DNA of 63,317 nt, filler included, from Lenisia limosa (Eukaryota; Protista; Breviatea): assembly GCA_001655205.1 (NCBI GenBank). It is 11 parts of 11 records of this genome, joined end to end, with 100 filler letters (N's around TTAATTAATTAA, not from the genome) between each part and the next. Parts side by side here need not be neighbours in the genome. Positions count along the whole stretch, not along the records: positions 31,323 to 38,603 come from LPNZ01009951.1; positions 38,704 to 40,085 come from LPNZ01008901.1; positions 40,186 to 48,538 come from LPNZ01010127.1; positions 48,639 to 55,418 come from LPNZ01009685.1; 7 more parts are not named here. One strand, given 5' to 3'. The number at the start of each line of letters is the position of its first letter. The first letter of the stretch is position 1. Of the stretch, positions 38,419 through 51,517 are shown in pieces. The notes under the pieces are model-generated. The model saw only the letters and a list, made by a program, of their open reading frames with translations, was not told the origin of the DNA and made no database searches. The position numbers were made by a program, and so were the translations under genes.

Positions 38419-39375
38419 GTAGGCGTTATGAAATAATATATTGAGGTATGTAATTATACTATCATATCGGACTGGCAATGTAGGTTGTATATAATGGGTT
38501 ATACAGAATACTAATTTTGTTCACATTCTTATTCTCATAACGCCCCCCCTCCCTTAATTGTTTTGTGATTTTTAACCCTCGTGTGTTTCTAGGCGACAGA
38601 GTTNNNNNNNNNNNNNNNNNNNNNNNNNNNNNNNNNNNNNNNNNNNNTTAATTAATTAANNNNNNNNNNNNNNNNNNNNNNNNNNNNNNNNNNNNNNNNN
38701 NNNCTCATGGGTTCGTAACTGTTTGATATTTTATTGTAACCAGGATTATCACTAGATTTAATTATTCAAAAGCACAAATAGTATATTATTCCCCATTCTC
38801 TCTCTGCTGTGATGTGTTTGTCTTCGTGTCGATTCTTATGTTGCTCATGTGCTTTTTGATTGTTAGGAGTTTCAGATTACTCGATTTCTGATGAGTACCT
38901 TTCACGCCAATATTCTTCATCGANNNNNNNNNNNNNNNNNNNNNNNNNNNNNNNNNNNNNNNNNNNNNNNNNNNNNNNNNNNNNNNNNNNNNNNNNNNNN
39001 NNNNNNNNNNNNNNNNNNNNNNNNNNNNNNNNNNNNNNNNNNNNNNNNNNNNNNNNAGCCTTCATCATCTGCGACGACAAGGGTAATGACATGTACGCCA
39101 AGTAGCTGTGTGTGCTATGTCTCTTCGAATTATATATTTTGTTCTGTTTCTCGTTCTCAAAATCTCAAAATATGACAATAATTTTTATGAGAGAAGTCTC
39201 AGAATAAGAGAAGAGAAAGACCGAAAGAAAGAAAGAAAGAGAGAGAGAATCAAGAGAGTGATAGACGTTCTGATTAAAAATGCCAATAATTGGGTCGGTT
39301 TCCTTTTCCCCCAGGTTTTTGTATAAATAATTTCCCCCAATCACTGAATTATCACAGCCAGAATCAACTAAAGGG

Positions 39376-39547
39376 GTGAAGATGTTGTTTTTCATCACCT
39401 CGTTGACATCAGCATTTGTGTTGGGCTACTTTTGGGAAAATGTCCCATTATGGCTATTTGGCTCCGCGTTGTTTGTTCTCTTCTCCGCCCAGATGGCTTA
39501 TGACGCGTACAGGAAGAGAAAAGAGAATGCCCTCCGCTTCAGACACG
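39376..39547 (+). CDS. Exon of a hypothetical membrane protein
   Basis: Two hydrophobic stretches, LFFITSLTSAFVLGYFW and LWLFGSALFVLFSAQMAYDAYRKRKE, followed by a GTAAG donor near 39548. Confidence 0.35.
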
Positions 39548-40185
39548 TAAGAGTGTGTTTCCTTGGCGGCTTGGAGGCTGACGCGATCAGGTTCGTTCGA
39601 AGAGTGAGACGTGCAACTGGCTCAACCACATCATTGTGCAGTTCAGAGACAACGTTTTTGGTGGGATGGATGGTGTTGTTGTACCTTCCCCTCTTCTTTT
39701 TGAGGTCAGCATTGGCACGGCACTCCTTCTCTTTTGTACAAAGTTTTAAGTCATCAGAACAAATGCTTGATTGAAACATTGTTATCCTATGAACAATATT
39801 ATATCTTTGAATGTAATGGTGGTGATGGCTTGGACAGACACTCCCTTTATTGTTTTTTATTTTTGAAGTATGGGTTTAAAGTGCCTACTATGTACCTTTT
39901 GTGTGAGGAGAGGGAGTAGAAATGGACATTTCTGAAACAAAGAGGGGAGAAGGTGAGTGGTTAGATTTAAAAGAAAACCACAGTCACTGATAGAGGTGCA
40001 TAACTTTATGATTAAAAGATAAAAAAGATGACTTCGAATGATGTGATGGGAGATGATGTTTAGCAGTTAACTTACTATATGAAAANNNNNNNNNNNNNNN
40101 NNNNNNNNNNNNNNNNNNNNNNNNNNNNNTTAATTAATTAANNNNNNNNNNNNNNNNNNNNNNNNNNNNNNNNNNNNNNNNNNNN

Positions 40186-43100
40186 CAAACAAAGCCCAGG
40201 TCAGTCGCTTCTGCATCATGGGGGTAATACAGTGCTATGCATGAAATATGAAAAGGGTGAGTGGTGAGGGTCGGGAAAAAGCAATAAGATTCAGCAACAA
40301 TAAAGAACAGATGGCATACCTTGCGATAGGACATGAGAGAGATGCCTGGAAGTTTGGAGGCGGTAACAGACCATGGATAATGGCGTTATTAGCATCATCA
40401 TCAGGGGGACAATGGAATCTGTCTTGCGTTAATGCCCACAACTGAAACCGATTCCACCATTCAACATTACACCCCACCCCCCATAAAAATTATACATTGA
40501 GACGAGAAATAAAACAATATTGGGTCTGGCCAAAGCCCCAGGCTTACAAGCGTCCTTCGTAGTCCATGCCCGGCACAGAGTAGGCGCCCTTCACCCGAGC
40601 AACTGCCTGCACCTGCGGGAAAGGGGGGGGGAGTGNNNNNNNNNNNNNNNNNNNNNNNNNNNNNNNNNNNNNNNNNNNNNNNNNNNNNNNNNNNNNNNNN
40701 NNNNNNNNNNNNNNNNNNNNNNNNNNNNNNNNNNNNNNNNNNNNNNNNNNNNNNNNNNNNNNNNNNNNNNNNNNNNNNNNNNNNNNNNNGAATATTATAC
40801 AACAAAGATAACAACCTCAACCACACCATCAATAAAAGCCACACCCCCTCATACATGAGCCCGGTATCCGTAAGGCTCCCATGCGTCAACAATGAACTTG
40901 CCAATGGCTGAAATCATAAGTTCAGGCACGGCAAAGCCCATCATAACAAAGTTCAATAAACCATCACAAGAGAGATCAATAAACCCGCAGGGCCCACAAG
41001 TTGCCAAATCAGACACTGGGGGGAGGAACACCACATCTGCTCGCGGCAGAGCGGTGGGCGGAAGAACTGCCCGGCCTGGAGTATCAGAGTAGGGTTGAAA
41101 GGGAGTATCAGTGAGTGCAATGAAGAGTCACCCCCACCGGCTGGGTTGTGCAGGGTGGCGTAAGTGGACTTCAGGGATGAGGGTGCCCAATCCTCGTTTC
41201 CATTGTAGCGAATGTTCCAAAACCTGGGGATTGATAAGGGCAAAAACTAAATACTAGAATCTGAGATAACCACAGTACGTCCAATATTAAACAGTGAGTC
41301 AGTCCATATTTATAAATCTATGATTAGTTTGACTAACCTGCTGTATTCAAATGAAAGCTCATCTTCATCTTCACCTTCTGGCTTCTCTGAATCTGAATAG
41401 TCATAAAAGTGATGGAAATCGATTGAAACACGTATTCAAACCGAGCAGCCATACGTTCTTCATCAATTTGAATATCAGCAATGCACCCCCCCACCGTTCT
41501 GACTAGCCTCCAGTTTCGAGGTCTCAATACCGCGGAGCATGAGGGGCTTATCAAGCCGCACGGACTGCAGCATTGACGACGAAAGTGTCACTCCGGCCCG
41601 GGTAGTGGCTCCCTGCTGAGGTAAATACTTTGGTATTACAGGTTTAGTGTTGCTGTTGTTTTGTATATTTCTACATTTCTACCAACAAACGTATCAAGCC
41701 AAACAAAACAACTCTCAACATTGGATGTATGACACATTATGGCCAGTATTTGATTTTGTAACTATTCAAAGTGAACTGAACTGAACTAAACTGAACGTAC
41801 CAGTTGTCTGTCAGTTGCCACATCATCCTCAGGGAATGTAGGGTGCGGCTTGCGCGGCTTTACTGTGGTCATATTTGGTCCACCAGTGGAGTGGAACCTA
41901 GAGGGAGGGGGGTGAAAAAATAGTATAAATCAATACAAAGTGGTGGAGGGACAGTAATACCACCTCCACCCATTTTCATTTTAATTGGATAGGGAAAAAT
42001 ATGGTTGAAGCCATCACCATTTCTTCTAGTGATGATCAGAATGCTTCAGCCTGACAACCGGACTTCAGCCTGACAACCCACCTATACGGGGGACTTCAGC
42101 CTGACAACCCACCTATATGGGGACGCGGCTCTGGAAGTATCCAAAGACGTGAGTGCGGTTCGGGTGAGTAGGGGCGAGGGGCGAGACTCGGGAATAGTCA
42201 GCATTGAAGTGGACAGCGCGCCCTTTTCTTCCTCTTCTTCCTCCTCAAGTGCTGGTCTNNNNNNNNNNNNNNNNNNNNNNNNNNNNNNNNNNNNNNNNNN
42301 NNNNNNNNNNNNNNNNNNNNNNNNNNNNNNNNNNNNNNNNNNNNNNNNNNNNNNNNNNNNNAACTAGACAATTGGTCATGTAATTCACTATTTTGATAAA
42401 AACTCAGATCACTCTCAAGTTCCATCATTTAATATCATTAGATCCGCCCGACTCGTCCCCCGGAGCAGGGTAGGCTATGGCAGTGGGTGTAGCAAAGTCG
42501 TTAACATCCAGGGAGGCTGAGGGACACGCCAGTAGGCCTGAGGTATCACCAACGAATAAAACGAAGATACCGACAGAAGGATTCATTCAGAAATGTATTC
42601 TTTGTGAACTGAAGGGAAGACCATTGAGAATTATAAATTATATAGATGTGAAATAAAACAAAGTTGTTTTGGTCAAAGCCGTCCACTCCAGCACACTTAC
42701 AAGAGATATTGGATTATAGTATATTGGATTATAGTTAATTCACCCAATCATTTGCCTTTTTTTTTTTTTTTTTTNNNNNNNNNNNNNNNNNNNNNNNNNN
42801 NNNNNNNNNNNNNNNNNNNNNNNNNNNNNNNNNNNNNNNNNNNNNNNNNNNNNNNNNNNNNNNAGTTGAGGGATGAGGGAGGGGACAGCACTGAAAGTCC
42901 CAGACTTCTTCTGATGGTATAAGAAAATGCCAACAGTTAAGGTGTGTCAGAACAATTCAATTCCGTATTCACTCTCACATCAGAGCGGACAGCAACGTCG
43001 AGCTCCAACATTAAGTCCGAAATAAGCTGGCCAGTTTCTACAGAGTCAGGCATGAGGTGTGGTAAACATGCAGATTGGTGACACTTTGAAGTAACTTTGC

Positions 43101-46100
43101 ATGTTCAAAAATAGTAAAGTACTGACATAAGAACCGGAAATGATGATGTTGATCCCCCGTCAACAACCCCTTAAGCCTCAAACCGGCCAAAACGTCTGAT
43201 GAGAAAAGGTTATGGACGTCGTAGAGGTAGCGCAGTGTTGTGTTGGCGTCGATACCATTCCAAATGCGACCTGTGAGGGCGGGTGAACACCAACAAAACG
43301 GTGTGCATGTTATCCAGAGCACTGCTTAGGAGATTACAACTCAAAGTTTCTTCGCCATTGCATTACCAAAAGGTCCCGGACGCACCTGCTACATAAAGAA
43401 TGCAGTCGTTGAGTCGAACGGATCGTAGAACGCATAGACTCCGGGGAGACACATCGGGGTACTTCCGATTCACAATGCGAACAACGTCTCGCCAGGAACA
43501 AATAGGGTCCTGGGTCTTGTCAAGCATCATCGTATGAATCCACATTAGTTAGCCAGCTCCCACCCCCCACAACCAAAAGAATATTGATTATATTATCTAC
43601 ATCATATGTTGCAACATAATCACTACATAAAATACTCAGTTACCTCCAACCCCCTCAAACATTGGTCTCAGCAATAATGTTGTTCTCGAAATCGCAAATA
43701 AACTGATAAATCTGAAGCGTAAATAAGTCAACTGGAAAAGTGTATAAATATCATAGGTATATTATCTGCAGATGCTGATGGTAGAATCTGAAGATATCCC
43801 TCAAAAAACACAGTCCTAGTTACTTCCATAATGTCATGGATTGACGTAAAATTTAAAAAAAAAACACACCTCGTTATCGTGATCATCTTGGCCTAAAATG
43901 TCCTTATCTAAGGGAACGGAGAGAAAACGACTTTCCTGAAAAAGTGAAGATGTAGCTCCAAAAATCAAGGGGAACTGGATGAGTGATATGTAGCTCCAAA
44001 CTAAACATAAAATGGCACAAAGTAAGGTGTGAAGACCCCCCCCCCTACTCCTTCCATGAACAGATCATGGTTTTTTGTAATAGCCACGAGGGCACCATAG
44101 CAGAGACCAGGGGATATACCTTGCTCAAGAATCCTAAGCGGTTGAGAAATTCATTCTGCGGTTATAAAGAGGTCCCAATTATTTGGTGAACTGATAATTC
44201 CATCAACACACCCGCGTCAGTCCCATCTAGCCACCAACTTTCTTATTTGCCTATCAGTTTGTGCGACATTTCGGCAACGAGAGAGTTTCTGTATGGTTAA
44301 CAGAAGAGTACCTAATCAGGCACTCGCCACCCCCAAAAAAAGCCCACGAGCCTTCCAATTGTCCACCTACTGCAGTGATCTGAGTGGTGGCCTTATGTGC
44401 CGATTCGAACGCCTCATCTAACACGTCTGTTGAGAAGTGCAGTTCGCCGTAAGTCAGACTCAACCGGAGGGCCTCGAAAGACCCGTGTTCAATGACTGAG
44501 GAGGCAATGTACTCCTGAGGGGTAACGTTTAGATCTCTACTATTTAAAAGAACAAAAAATCCAGGAAATCAACCCAATGAAGGACTAAAAAAAGAGGATA
44601 AAACACACAACGTTCGGGCCAACAGAGTATGATCAATCTTTCTGCACAATCAATCCAAACCAAAGCCTGCCAAAGCAGCCCACCCTAGCATCCTGCACGC
44701 GTATTTCCTTGGCCCAGGCCGCGGCACCGGGGAGCGAACATGCTGAGTCCATGCCGCNNNNNNNNNNNNNNNNNNNNNNNNNNNNNNNNNNNNNNNNNNN
44801 NNNNNNNNNNNNNNNNNNNNNNNNNNNNNNNNNNNNNNNNNNNNNNNNNNNNNNNNNNNNNNNNNNNNNAGACCAACTATAAAAGCAAGAAGCATTATAT
44901 AACTAACGTAAACTCCAATGGAAAAAAAAAAAGAAGCAAAAACAAACACACATTAAAAGTAGGAACTGCTATCAACCATTCCGAAACAAACTAAGCAAAC
45001 TTTCAAAAGGGCCTTCTCAATTGAGCAATACAGATCGTAGATCTCGTGCTCTGTCCAATCAAGGCCCTGGGTCAGAAACTCTAAGGAGTAAGGTATTGAG
45101 TGCGAATAGCGTGTATGATGGTCTAAATTGCCATCAGATATCAGCATATGATGATGAGAATCGACTTAATCATAAACAAGGTGAAAGTCTAATTAAGAGT
45201 CCCACCATCTGGCACATCATCATCAGAAGACCCTTCAATTGGGGGCATTTGGGGAGTTGCTACTTCAGGCTCAGACTACAACGTCAGAAATCAAAACGAG
45301 AGAAAATAGAGAAAAACAAAAAATAACATTAAAAATAATTCAAAACAATTGAGTTTTAAGAAACTGAGCTTTGCCATAAAATAAACAAAGCAAGGTCTGG
45401 TCTTCTTTAATGATATTTTAACTTGAAAAAAGGATAGACCCTCAATCAGTGTGCATAAGCATAAGTGAATATCGGTAGTGTTCAATTCATAGAAAATTAT
45501 ATATGCTCTGATAAAAAGGGGAATCAAAAACTATCAAATTGAATAATCACAACAAACAAAAAAAAAACGAGAAAAGCTGTGAAACGAAGAAATACACCCG
45601 TGATGCAACATTGCAGGATCTATACCAAGGCCTAAGCAAACCATCGAGGCCTCTTCTGCTGTATCTGATGGTGATTTGGGGGCTTCTTCCTTCTCGGGCG
45701 AGGGAGGTGTTGGAGGGCTCTCAGGTAAGACAGGATCGTTAAGGGAATCGTAGAGATCTTCGGTTGGGGGTCTCGGTTGCGGGACTTCGAGCAATGATGG
45801 TTGCAATCTGCTCACATCCTCGTCAAGCATGCGGGAGAGAACGTCTTCCTGTTCCACAGCGACGGCTAAGGCCTCAACAGGACCTTCTGCCCGCAGTCCC
45901 TTGACACGCAGTGCACTAAGGAGCGTATAGCCCTCTTCAAATGATATTGACATAAGCTGGCTCTGCTGGCTTGTTGGATCTTGCAGCGCGCTTTTATAAG
46001 AATAGCCAGGCTCCCCAGGTAGAGTCTTATACAGTTAGGGCAAAAATGAGTGGAGCTTCCTGTATTATTGTGTCTGACAATATGACAGAGCTAGACGAAG

Positions 46101-46600
46101 AAATAAAGAACCTCAATATTGGGGAGGCCGAGGACACGTTGGATGGCCTCGAACAGCGCCGCCTTGTGGGTGACCTAAGGGTTCTCGTTGGCCTTCTGGG
46201 CATTCTTTAGACTTGTATTTAAATATTACTTCATGTCGTACTGATTAATTATCATAGAATGTGTTACAATGGCTTCAAGAGCATTCAAGTGCAATTCCTG
46301 ATGACCTTGAGCTGAACACAGCCTTAAACACACTCTTCAGATCGATCGTATCATGCGGTTTGAGGTCAACATCCGTTAGAAATTCCTATATCGCCATTCA
46401 CGAAGAGGTTATGGTATACCAATATCATATGTCTTTTACAAGCAACCTTCATTCCCCTTTCCAGCTTATTTCTCCGTAGCCTACTATCGATATTCTTTGG
46501 TGTTATCCTTTCAAATGCTGCAGATTCATGAGCTTTTATTATAATATTTACCGATGTGGTCATAAGGGGCATCGTGATACTTCACTGTTGTTTTCATAAT
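40186..46600 (-). CDS. Large hypothetical multi-exon gene, 5' boundary uncertain
   Basis: Many AG/GT-bounded exons, e.g. EEGYTLLSALRVKGL...PESPPTPPSP, EFLTQGLDWTEHEIYDLYCSIEKALLK, EYIASSVIEHGSFEALRLSLTYGELHF, FWNIRYNGNEDWAPSSLKSTY and VQAVARVKGAYSVPGMDYEGR. No family recognised. Confidence 0.55.
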
Positions 46601-46843
46601 TGTACTACCATATATCGCAGACTACTGCTGTTTTCATAATTGTTCTACCATATATCTCAGACTTGGAGAGTTTCCAATCCCAGTATTAAAGAGTTAATGA
46701 GAGGGTTTACAGTGATTTGTTTGTGATTATTTGTCTTCCACATTTTTGTCTATAAAATGAGATTGGCTGATATCGTAATTTACTCTCAACCCTCACAGAG
46801 TTGACTTTGGGCGTTTTTTTTGTTTTACACCCCCCCCCCCCAG

Positions 46844-48394
46844 TTGAAATCCTCCGGTCGGCCCTTGCTTCAGCCCTTGGCATCCCGGATATTCCTTCAA
46901 ATTCCCCAGAGGAAAGCGCCTCCGCTGTTTGCGACATTGCCCGGGGTCTGCATTTGTACGGAGGGGGGTCTGAATGCGGATAAAGATTCATATAAAGACT
47001 GGGTTACAAGAAACACGTCATAAATGTTGAAATATTTCTTTCTTACAACATATGATCCGAAATTTTGAGCCATGACAAAGCAGGCAAGTTACGATCGAGG
47101 CGAACGATCTGATCCTTCGGCCGCTGTCAAGCACTGTCCTCGGCTTCTTGGAGTGCGTACAAGAGGCTGGCATTCAGAGACTCAGTAAGCCTGGGAGTCT
47201 TGGTACTCCCTGCTGAAATGGAAGACTACCCCCCTCACGGTTCAGAATCCAAAGTAGCACCGTCCCGACCTTTGCCTGCATTCCCGAAGCACCTCAAAAA
47301 AAGTAGGAACCCAGGCATAGGGAGAGATTAGCTGGGATAGAGATAGAAAGAACACTTTTTTACCGAGGAGATTTCATATGACAAGGTCTACCAAACTAGC
47401 AGGCTTTTCATGACCTAATCTCCTGTAGTTGCTCGCACGTCCATAGCCCTTCCCTCCGCTGCCCTAAAAGATCGACACTCACATGCTAGTAAGGGGATAT
47501 CGCAGTGTGCATGATCGAATAAGTGTTTTGAATTGTGATATTAGAATGACCCATCTCAAAGGAGGCTTTTTAATTGCTCAGTTATCAATTTTGACGGGGG
47601 GCAAGAAGCTGCAGAAGTTCAAGAAATAGCGTATCCTTTCCCTGACCTCCCTCCTGCTCCAAATGTAGTCGGGGTAGCTGCTAGGTTTTATGAGTATCCA
47701 TTGCTGATCACATATGCATATATAATATAGTAAATCAAAACAAAATTTTATGACAGTGTGGTGCTAGCAATACATAATATTTCTCATTCTCTAGGTGGTG
47801 AAGTTGGTAAACAGCACACGAACGCGGGAGGAGCAGAGCCCTTTTGTTCCCGACCCGGTGCTGCTGCCTGGTGGGCGGGTTCCCCCAAGTTCTTATTTAC
47901 GCTTGTGATGCATACAGCCCTCAGAGTATCATCACCAAAGCACAAGAGAAATCAGCTTTAACGAGCCCTTGTTTATGATTTCTGATCTCTTTAGGTGAAG
48001 TTGTGCATGAGCATTTCGACATCATTTCAGCAGAAGGTATGAAAAGGGGTGACAGTAACAATACCTTGTTTTTTTAACTTGTTTGACTTCTTTAGATGTA
48101 CCTGAAACGTATGTGAGGGCTTCAAGAGTGTCCAAGAGTGTTCAATGTGACAATCAACTCATAACAATAGTGCAAAGTCATATTGGACTGGAGGGGGGGG
48201 GGGTCATATCGGGATGTTAGTTTTGGGTTGCAGCTCAGTCCTAAAAGATGACATTTAACAATTCTTTGTGAAATTTCTGACAGTTTTCCTTTAGATCTGA
48301 TCCGACCACTCCCCAAGTCCCTCCCCAGAACTCATATACTGCCACCATTTTTATCACCTCTTTTCGCATCATCTACCTTGCTCTCAACTCCAAA
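46844..48394 (+). CDS. Hypothetical multi-exon gene, possibly with a GRAM/PH-like segment, truncated
   Basis: Phase-consistent VEILRSALASALGIPDIP...RGLHL-QVTIEANDLILRPLSSTVLGFLECVQEAGIQRL-IARTSIALP; a later exon reads NSYTATIFITSFRIIYLALNSK (GRAM-like, weak). Confidence 0.5.
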
Positions 48395-48639
48395 GTATGT
48401 GTTTCTACTACTCATCGTTCCTGTGTAGTGTTATCGATATAAGACTCCCTAGCAATGAGCCCCTAATGATGTAGCCCCGAATCCTTCCGCTTTTGTCCGT
48501 TTTCTCCATACAAAGCTTCAACAAAAACCGCTTCCTCCNNNNNNNNNNNNNNNNNNNNNNNNNNNNNNNNNNNNNNNNNNNNTTAATTAATTAANNNNNN
48601 NNNNNNNNNNNNNNNNNNNNNNNNNNNNNNNNNNNNNNT

Positions 48640-51150
48640 CCGGACCGAAAAGACGTACAAAGCCCTCGGTGGCATGGCATCGGAATGCAAAGTCAGCGAC
48701 AAGAACGTCCGTGCCGTCCTCGTCTCTAAGGGGTTGGAGGGTTGTTTATTGCACCGTCTATAAGGGGTGAGGGTTATACCATCCACAAGTGGCCTAAGGG
48801 ATGGGATGACTTTATGTTGTTCCATTCCGCTTACTCACATGATCATATCATAATACTATTTCAACGCAGCATTAATATTTTGCATTCAATCGAGGAACAT
48901 CTAACATTGCAGTAACACGTCCCACTTGGTGTCTCCTGATGACCTGCAGCAGTTCAGTCACGTGGGTATTGGTGCTATTTCGTCAAAACGGAGTTATTTT
49001 TGTGTCAGTCGTGCTCATAACTTTTACACTCCTACCTCAATATTTATTCCTCCACCCAGATTTTGGGTTCTTTTTTTTGTTGTTTACCCCCCCCCCCCCC
49101 NNNNNNNNNNNNNNNNNNNNNNNNNNNNNNNNNNNNNNNNNNNNNNNNNNNNNNNNNNNNNNNNNNNNNNNNNNNNNNNNNNNNNNNNNNNNNNCCGTGC
49201 GCATTTGAGAAGGCTCTTTGTCGGGTCAAAGTGGGGTGGGGGCTTCTGTTGACTTATTCATTTAGGCGTGATTTGGGGGGGAGGAGGGGGGCTTCATCAT
49301 TTACTCTTTCATTGCTTCTCATTTCTGTACATATCGATAAGGATAATGATACATCCTGGTTTTATTTCTCATCTATATGCCTGCTATTCTGCATTTTGTC
49401 TCACCATTCCAGACTCACAGGACCGACTTCTGAGATTCTTGAGGTAGGGTTATTGATGTCCTCGGTTCGATCCGGTTAAACGCCGGTTAAATTTCCATCC
49501 AGATATTCATCTTTTTAGGACGATAATGACTTTTGGCTTAATCTGATTGTAATGCATTTACCATTGCTTTTCTTTTCAACTAAACCATAATTTCTCAGCT
49601 CCCCCACGGTGTGAACTTGGTACCGAAGGATGGTGGACTTCTACTCCTCTGGAAAGGTATGCTTGTACCATCTTATTCTGTCGGATCATCACAGTGTTTT
49701 CTCTCTGGCATGTCACCAAGTAGCTGCAGTTCCGAAATCCATTGCCTTATATTTATATTCCAATAGCTTCCATGTTTACGTTTTTTTTTGTTTCATAAAT
49801 TTTCCAATTTTACTCCCCCCCCCCCCCCNNNNNNNNNNNNNNNNNNNNNNNNNNNNNNNNNNNNNNNNNNNNNNNNNNNNNNNNNNNNNNNNNNNNNNNN
49901 NNNNNNNNNNNNNNNNNGCCCTCATGGCACTCCAGTCGTCTCCTGAGGCCGCCCGGGGTGGGTGTTAAGGGGGTTCCCATGGTGCAATCTGGATAAGATG
50001 TTTGATATGGAAGAGTCATCTCACTGAATGACACTTCATGAAAAATTTGTGTGAATCGATATAACAGACTCTTTTGGCATTTTTCTATCAAAGTATCATA
50101 ACGAATTATTTTAGCATAAAGCAAATCGACCATTCATCTGCGTTTCTCTTCTCATATGTCTAGCCATCCCCTACGAAAACGACGTGCTTATCAAGGACTC
50201 TCCGGCTGATATGGTAGTAACCAAGAAGGTAATGAGGGTAACTTTCTTTACCCCTTTTCTACGCATTCCTTCTGTATCTGCTTTACCTTTTTTTTTATCT
50301 TTTTCCATAACCCAGTTCCACATGTAATTGACATTGCAGGAGAACAGCGTGGTCGATTTCGATGATGAGGAGGGAGAAGGTGGCATTGAGCGCCAGTTGG
50401 AGATGGAAGCAGAAAACGCGAAACCAGTGCCGGTGGGTGTCAAACAAGGGACAGTAAAAAGAATGCCGTTTTGTTGTGCTGACTTTTTTTTTTGACTGCT
50501 ATTATTTTGCACAATAATCTATCCACACCATGTTGACCTAAAAATGATCACCTAGATCCTGTCGGACTGGGTGGGAATGCGACAGAACAGGCCGCTCGAC
50601 CCGTCAACCGCGACCGCCGCAATGGCGTCTGTGTTGAGAGAGTTCTTTGATGAGGTCATTGCCGATACCAAGGCGGTCCGGTATGGGGGTCTTTTCTGTA
50701 TAATACTATATGAAATAATATAGCAACGAGAAATAAACAATAAGGTTGTATTGGCCGAAGCCGTCCACATCATCACGCATATATACAAAGAGATATTGGA
50801 TTATTATAATATTAATTCACTCAATTATTTTGGCTTACAACTCTGTGCACATAGCTTCTGTGTGCGTCCCCAGCTTACTTTTGTCTGTAGTATCTGGCCG
50901 TTACTTTTCAGATTCGATGTCAACGGTCGGCCGGTGGCGTGGGACTTGGAAACGCGACAAGTCAGAGCAGGGCAAAACATGGACATTTCAAGCATCCAAG
51001 TGGGGTGGTGGCTTTGGTTGTTTAAGGAGAAAGAGATTGTTTTTTACTCGACGATCATAAAAAAAAAACCCTTTCATAGAGTCGTTCTGGACAATTAACA
51101 CTCCAGGCCATTTGCAACCAGGCCGCCGCAAGTGTTCTTCCCGTCAATGT
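48640..51150 (+). CDS. Hypothetical multi-exon gene fragment
   Basis: Exons RTEKTYKALGGMASECKV, DSQDRLLRFLE-LPHGVNLVPKDGGLLLLWK, YENDVLIKDSPADMVVTKK-ENSVVDFDDEEGEGG and ILSDWVGMRQ...FFDEVIADTKAVR-FDVNGRPVAWDLETRQ. Confidence 0.5.
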
Positions 51151-51517
51151 GCAGTAGTTTATGGTTCGTTGTTGTGTACTATTCAAGTCTTTTGACAGGT
51201 AATATATGGGGGGGGGGGNNNNNNNNNNNNNNNNNNNNNNNNNNNNNNNNNNNNNNNNNNNNNNNNNNNNNNNNNNNNNNNNNNNNNNNNNNNNNNNNNN
51301 NNNNNNNNNNNNNNNNNNGCTCTTCTTGACTAATTGTCAGACGGTGTTGGTCTTGTTTATGGGGGTTTTGCGACATGATCGTCTTTTCACAAAGGTTGCA
51401 CAATCAATCGAACTCTGTTAAGATTGAGAGAAACGAAGCGGGGATGTCTGTCATAGCCAACACGAAGGGGGTGTTAAAATAAATAATTGACTAAACGAAC
51501 ATATGATATGATACAAG

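Noticed and set aside
39640-39700. RDNVFGGMDGVV resemblance to VIT1/CCC1, and GDT1-like look of 39376-39547
   Set aside because: Short matches without the other family motifs.
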